A DNA stretch of 61,022 nt, filler included. It is 5 parts of 5 records of this genome, joined end to end, with 100 filler letters (N's around TTAATTAATTAA, not from the genome) between each part and the next. Parts side by side here need not be neighbours in the genome. Positions count along the whole stretch, not along the records: positions 43,304 to 61,022 come from DRR723986_6217; 4 more parts are not named here. One strand, given 5' to 3'. This document shows positions 57,774 to 61,022 of this stretch, piece after piece. A program made the position numbers and the translations under genes. The notes beneath the pieces were generated by a model. That model saw nothing but the letters and a program-made list of their open reading frames with translations, did no database searches and was not told the DNA's origin. Each line of letters starts with the position of its first letter. Position 1 is the first letter of the stretch.

Positions 57774-59500
57774 CTAATCTCGGTCTTGCTGAACATGGCC
57801 CATTGCTGCGCGATTGCGCCCGTCCAGTCCTGATACTTGACTAAGATCGAGGTCACGTAAGTAACTGTCGATTTGCACGCAGTCACCCGGTTCGTTGTAG
57901 TTAGCGGCATAGGCGTCAAACTGCCAGAATATCGATAGGACACCAGGATCGGAAGCCAGCGAATGAAAACGTCCCGGTACTTCGACGGTTCCAAAGCGGC
58001 AATTTCCTTCCACTGCCGCAGGATAGCGGAAGTAATACAGCCCGGCCTCTATCCCGGGCAACTCGGCGCCGAATGTGGCCATGCGGGCCCCGGCTTGCCA
58101 ACCTTCCGAACGGGCGGCAGGGCCGGGCACGATCAATGTCATGATGTAGTTGGGGGCCAGGCCAAGGGCTTCGTCATCGGTGATACGAGAGGTGTCCACC
58201 TCGGGGCGGACCTGTGCGATCAATGCATCGAGGCGGATGAAGACGAGGTCACCTCGCTCGCTCTCCCAATAGCCCGCCATGCCGGAACCGATGGTCACGG
58301 GCGTCCGCGCGGTGACCTGCCAAACGCCGCGATCCTCTACCATCAATCGCAATTCGTGCCGACCTTCGATCGCGGGGGCCTCAAGCGTTACCACATGTGT
58401 TTGCGCCAACCCGTTGCCGGCCAATTCAACCGGCGCTGATGCCAACGGCGCAACGTCGGTCAGTGCATCGGTCGTGTCGGCCTCGACCAGATAGACACGG
58501 GCGGTCTGTTCCGGGTAAAATCAGGCAGCATCCACCTGGACCGTAATGGGGTCGAAGGGGTCGACGTCTGGGTTGTTCACAATCAGCCGGTCGTCTGGTG
58601 CCGGTTCATCAAAAAGCGCGCGTGCATCCGAGCCGCGCCCGGCATTGGCCACTGCCGGCCAGTCGTCGCGGTCTATGGGGTTTTGCGGTGAGTTTGTCCA
58701 ATAAGTGCCAGCGCCATATGTGCCCATATAGACCCCGAGCATGAGCGCTGTTTGCCTGCGATGGATCGCCGAGCTGTTGCGGCTGATGGAATTGATCAGA
58801 GCATCTACTTGCTGCAGGTAGGCAGCAATAGCTTCACCGGCAACTGGCGCCCGGTTTGCCAGCGAAGATAGCAGAGACACAAAGCCTCTCAAGCGCTCAA
58901 TCTCTAGGTCACGCCGGATCGTGGGGTCGTTGCCTGCAAAGAGCCGATAAAGCGCAGCGCTTTGGTCTATCCGATCAAAGACCGCGGTCAGGGTCGAAAT
59001 GTCGGTAGCGCGATCGAGCGCACGAAGAATGTCATCTGCGGCGACACGATCTGCCAGCGCACCCGCAGCAAGACCCTGTTCGATAATCCCACGCACATAT
59101 CGCCGGATCGCCTGAGCCAACATGGCTTGTTCAACTTCGCTCAGCGGGCGATTGGCGAGTTCAGCCATTCGCTGCAATGCATCGCGCGGCGATACAACGT
59201 TCGAAAGATCGGTCCGCAACCGTTCAATCAGCGCAGCAGCAGCGGCGGCTTCATCTGGGTCTGAGGGAGGCGGCAGATCGAGGACAGGCAGGCTACTGAA
59301 TCGAAGGCTGCCCAGCTCACCGGCCAAATACGATAGGTCCCGGTCGATGGCGCGCAAAACCGGCCTCCGGTTGGCTTCGGGTATGGTCATGTTGGTCCGG
59401 TACTCATCTCGCACGGTGTAGGCGAGATCGAGAACTTCGCGCCAAGGCGTGAATTCCTCGTGTAGCCGATGAACCAGCATGTGCAAAGCCGCCGCGCGCG
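57774..59500 (-). pseudogene. Large hypothetical gene, 5' truncated near 59500 and interrupted by one in-frame TGA (58521-58523)
   Basis: ORFs 58521..59789 and 57774..58445 share a frame; the 75 nt between them read FYPEQTARVYLVEADTTDALTDVAP with no stop; beyond ~59500 the frame is only the antisense shadow of a plus-strand gene. Confidence 0.7.
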
Positions 59501-59922
59501 TCCTTGAGCAGGCGCACATCGCCGAAGGCAGCCGCAAGCTGACCAACACCGAGGAACTGGCTTTCGTCATCCAAGACTGGCTGGAGAAGCCCTTCCCGGC
59601 GAACGAGGTCATGGTGGACGAGGACGGGCTGGTGTTGGACGAGTACGCAGACGACACGACCCCCATGCTCCGCAACATGTTCACAGCGGCGATGGCTTGG
59701 GAGGCCGTGTGCCACCATCCCGCCGTGTCCCACATACGAGAGGGCGCGAAACTGACGGGGCGGGCGATCAAGCTGATCCCCGGCGTCACCGTACTGGACC
59801 GAGTCCGTCGGCACGACGCGAGGGCGGTGTGGGCGTATCGGTTCGAGGATGGCCCGCTGTGGGTGCCCGCCCAGCGGCAGCCCGGGAAAGCGGGCGACGA
59901 TCTTGGCGATCTGATCGGCTGA
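59500..59922 (+). CDS. C-terminal fragment of a phage primase-helicase (VapE-like), 5' truncated
   Basis: EQAHIAEGSRKLTNTEELAFVIQDWLEKP resembles the helix and I.WL..P segment after the VapE ATPase domain; strong GC3 bias; acidic end DDLGDLIG; followed by terminator, iterons and cos. Family call is from memory, not a search. Confidence 0.55.
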   Translation, partial: VLEQAHIAEGSRKLTNTEELAFVIQDWLEKPFPANEVMVDEDGLVLDEYADDTTPMLRNMFTAAMAWEAVCHHPAVSHIREGAKLTGRAIKLIPGVTVLDRVRRHDARAVWAYRFEDGPLWVPAQRQPGKAGDDLGDLIG

Positions 59923-59955
59923 ATCCGAGTCTGGCGAAATCAACCAAGCGTGGAG

Positions 59956-59983
59956 AACCCGGGTTTTGCCCGGGTTTTTCTTT
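59956..59983 (+). terminator. Rho-independent terminator
   Basis: AACCCGGG-TTTTG-CCCGGGTT followed by TTTCTTT, 33 nt after the stop at 59922. Confidence 0.85.
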
Positions 59984-60158
59984 GCCCGGTGGACAACGAA
60001 AACGAGAAAGGTCAGACGTTTATGGCGGACGTGCGTTCCACGGGTGGTGGAAAACTCGGAGTCAACGATTGGCGGATACACGTTAAAGGTGTCCACGCGG
60101 GGTGGAACAGCAGCGTTTTCCCGTCGTGCTTACCGGGCGCGGCTCAAAATCGCCCGGG

Positions 60159-60487
60159 TGTCCCATATCGGCGGTTTGTATGGGACAGGGGTTAAGGCAT
60201 TGAATAGTAATGATTATTACCCCGGCTGTCCCATTGTCCCATCAGGTTTCCCCTATGTGCCAGAGTCGCGCTTCCGAAAATGGCGTTTTTTGCACCCTAG
60301 GGTTGTGGGGCACCCCGGGCTGCTTACCGGGGCATTACCCCCTGTTTTCCCTTTTCCCTCTCTCTCATCCTATAGGGATATTTGATGGGACAATGGGACA
60401 GTAAGAAGGAATCCCCTTAAAAATAAGGCCGAAACTGCTGTCCCATCAAATTCCGGCTCGATGGGACACGATGGGACAATGGGACAG
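60159..60487. repeat. Array of ten ATGGGACA octamers in both orientations; putative phage replication origin
   Basis: Reverse copies at 60159, 60227, 60235, 60439; forward copies at 60180, 60385, 60393, 60461, 60471, 60479; perfect 19-bp inverted repeat 60226-60244/60383-60401; AT-rich spacers. Confidence 0.8.
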
Positions 60488-60845
60488 CAACGGATCGTGG
60501 AATGAAAACGGCTGTCCTCCCAACGGATTGTGGAAAAATCGGGAGCCCATCTCCCGGATCGCCCGGCGGCCCGGCAACTCGTCTGCCGCGTCGAGCGAGC
60601 CCGCCCCGGCCTGCGATCAAGCCTCCTGACCTGGAACCGGGCAAATCAAGCCGCCTGACTTGATGGATGTGCGCTTATGCGGACCTCGCTATGGGGGCGG
60701 ACCCGGATACCCTGAATCCCCGCACACAAAATGGGGCAGATGCCCCCAGATTATGAGCAATATCGAACACATAGGCCGGGATCATGAGTCGAACAGCAAC
60801 ATATTAAAGGGAGTCCCCTAGTTAGTGTACCGAATCGTCTAATAT

Positions 60846-60892
60846 CGCGCTCCGCGCCCCCCGCGTCAGCCCCAAATCACCAGGAAGGACCC
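60846..60892 (-). other. Putative phage cos site (cosQ plus cosN), sealed form
   Basis: Minus strand GGGTCCT-TCCTGGTGATTTGGGGCTGA-CGCG-GGGGGCGCGGAG-CGCG; same layout as lambda GGGTCCT-TTCCGGTGATCCGACAGGTTACG-GGGCGGCGACCT-CGCG. Confidence 0.7.
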
Positions 60893-60992
60893 GGAGCGAA
60901 ATACGTACCGGATTCAACTCTGTAATCCTCCACTGTTTTTCATCCGTCTGACCGCGTCGTTCATACTATCTATTGTGTGTGTGCCGTTTCGT

Positions 60993-61022
60993 TTCTGGTG
61001 TTCTGGTGTTCTGGTGTTCTGG
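60993..61022. repeat. Octamer tandem repeat (TTCTGGTG)n running off the window edge
   Basis: Full copies at 60993, 61001 and 61009, partial copy at 61017. Confidence 0.9.

Noticed and set aside
59500-59789. N-terminal ~95 aa of track ORF 58521..59789
   Set aside because: Ser/Thr-rich antisense reading of the plus-strand phage-like gene; not a real N-terminus
60159-60487. Repeat cluster as a CRISPR array
   Set aside because: Units are only 8 bp, occur in both orientations with irregular spacing, and no cas genes are present
59950-60644. Short ORFs across the iteron region (59950..60195, 59966..60385, 60210..60404, 60417..60644)
   Set aside because: No RBS or codon bias, they cross a terminator or the repeats, and translations are low quality; the region is better explained as non-coding
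60993-61022. Terminal octamer repeat as a true telomere
   Set aside because: It resembles some fungal telomere units, but the context is phage-like, the end is only the window edge, and no telomere-maintenance gene is visible

Overview
This is not one genome. It is five unrelated bacterial contigs joined by four artificial 100-nt linkers (N44-TTAATTAATTAA-N44 at 19000-19099, 30108-30207, 37302-37401, 43204-43303). Taxa are inferred from gene content and style only. (1) 1-18999, planctomycete-like: rpiB, Tat oxidoreductase, sulfatase, smc, FlgI-like lipoprotein, mraZ-rsmH without the rest of the dcw cluster, DUF481 barrel. (2) 19100-30107, Hyphomonas/Caulobacterales-like: valS, isoaspartyl peptidase, hisC, panC, mipZ. 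(3) 30208-37301, alphaproteobacterial formate dehydrogenase maturation cluster. (4) 37402-43203, betaproteobacterial liu (leucine catabolism) operon plus a sensor kinase. (5) 43304-61022, Rhodobacteraceae-like: an IS1182 element and an AraC-linked aromatic alcohol/aldehyde uptake and oxidation operon that ends in a flotillin gene. The most striking region is the last ~1.5 kb. With no linker, a broken host-type gene is fused back-to-back at ~59500 to a phage-like segment. That segment holds the 3' end of a VapE-like primase-helicase gene, a terminator, an origin-like array of ten ATGGGACA octamers in both orientations, a sealed lambda/Chi-type cos site (cosQ GGGTCCT plus a symmetric cosN), and a TTCTGGTG tandem repeat running off the edge. 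This could be an ori+cos module attached to a catabolic island, a deleted prophage, or an assembly chimera. Other leads: a GGA-loop-rich structured spacer between mraZ and rsmH (candidate Csr/Rsm-type RNA), an in-frame TGA at 58521-58523, and a TupA-like/cytochrome c fusion. No CRISPR array, rRNA or tRNA was recognised. All family calls come from motif recognition, not database searches.
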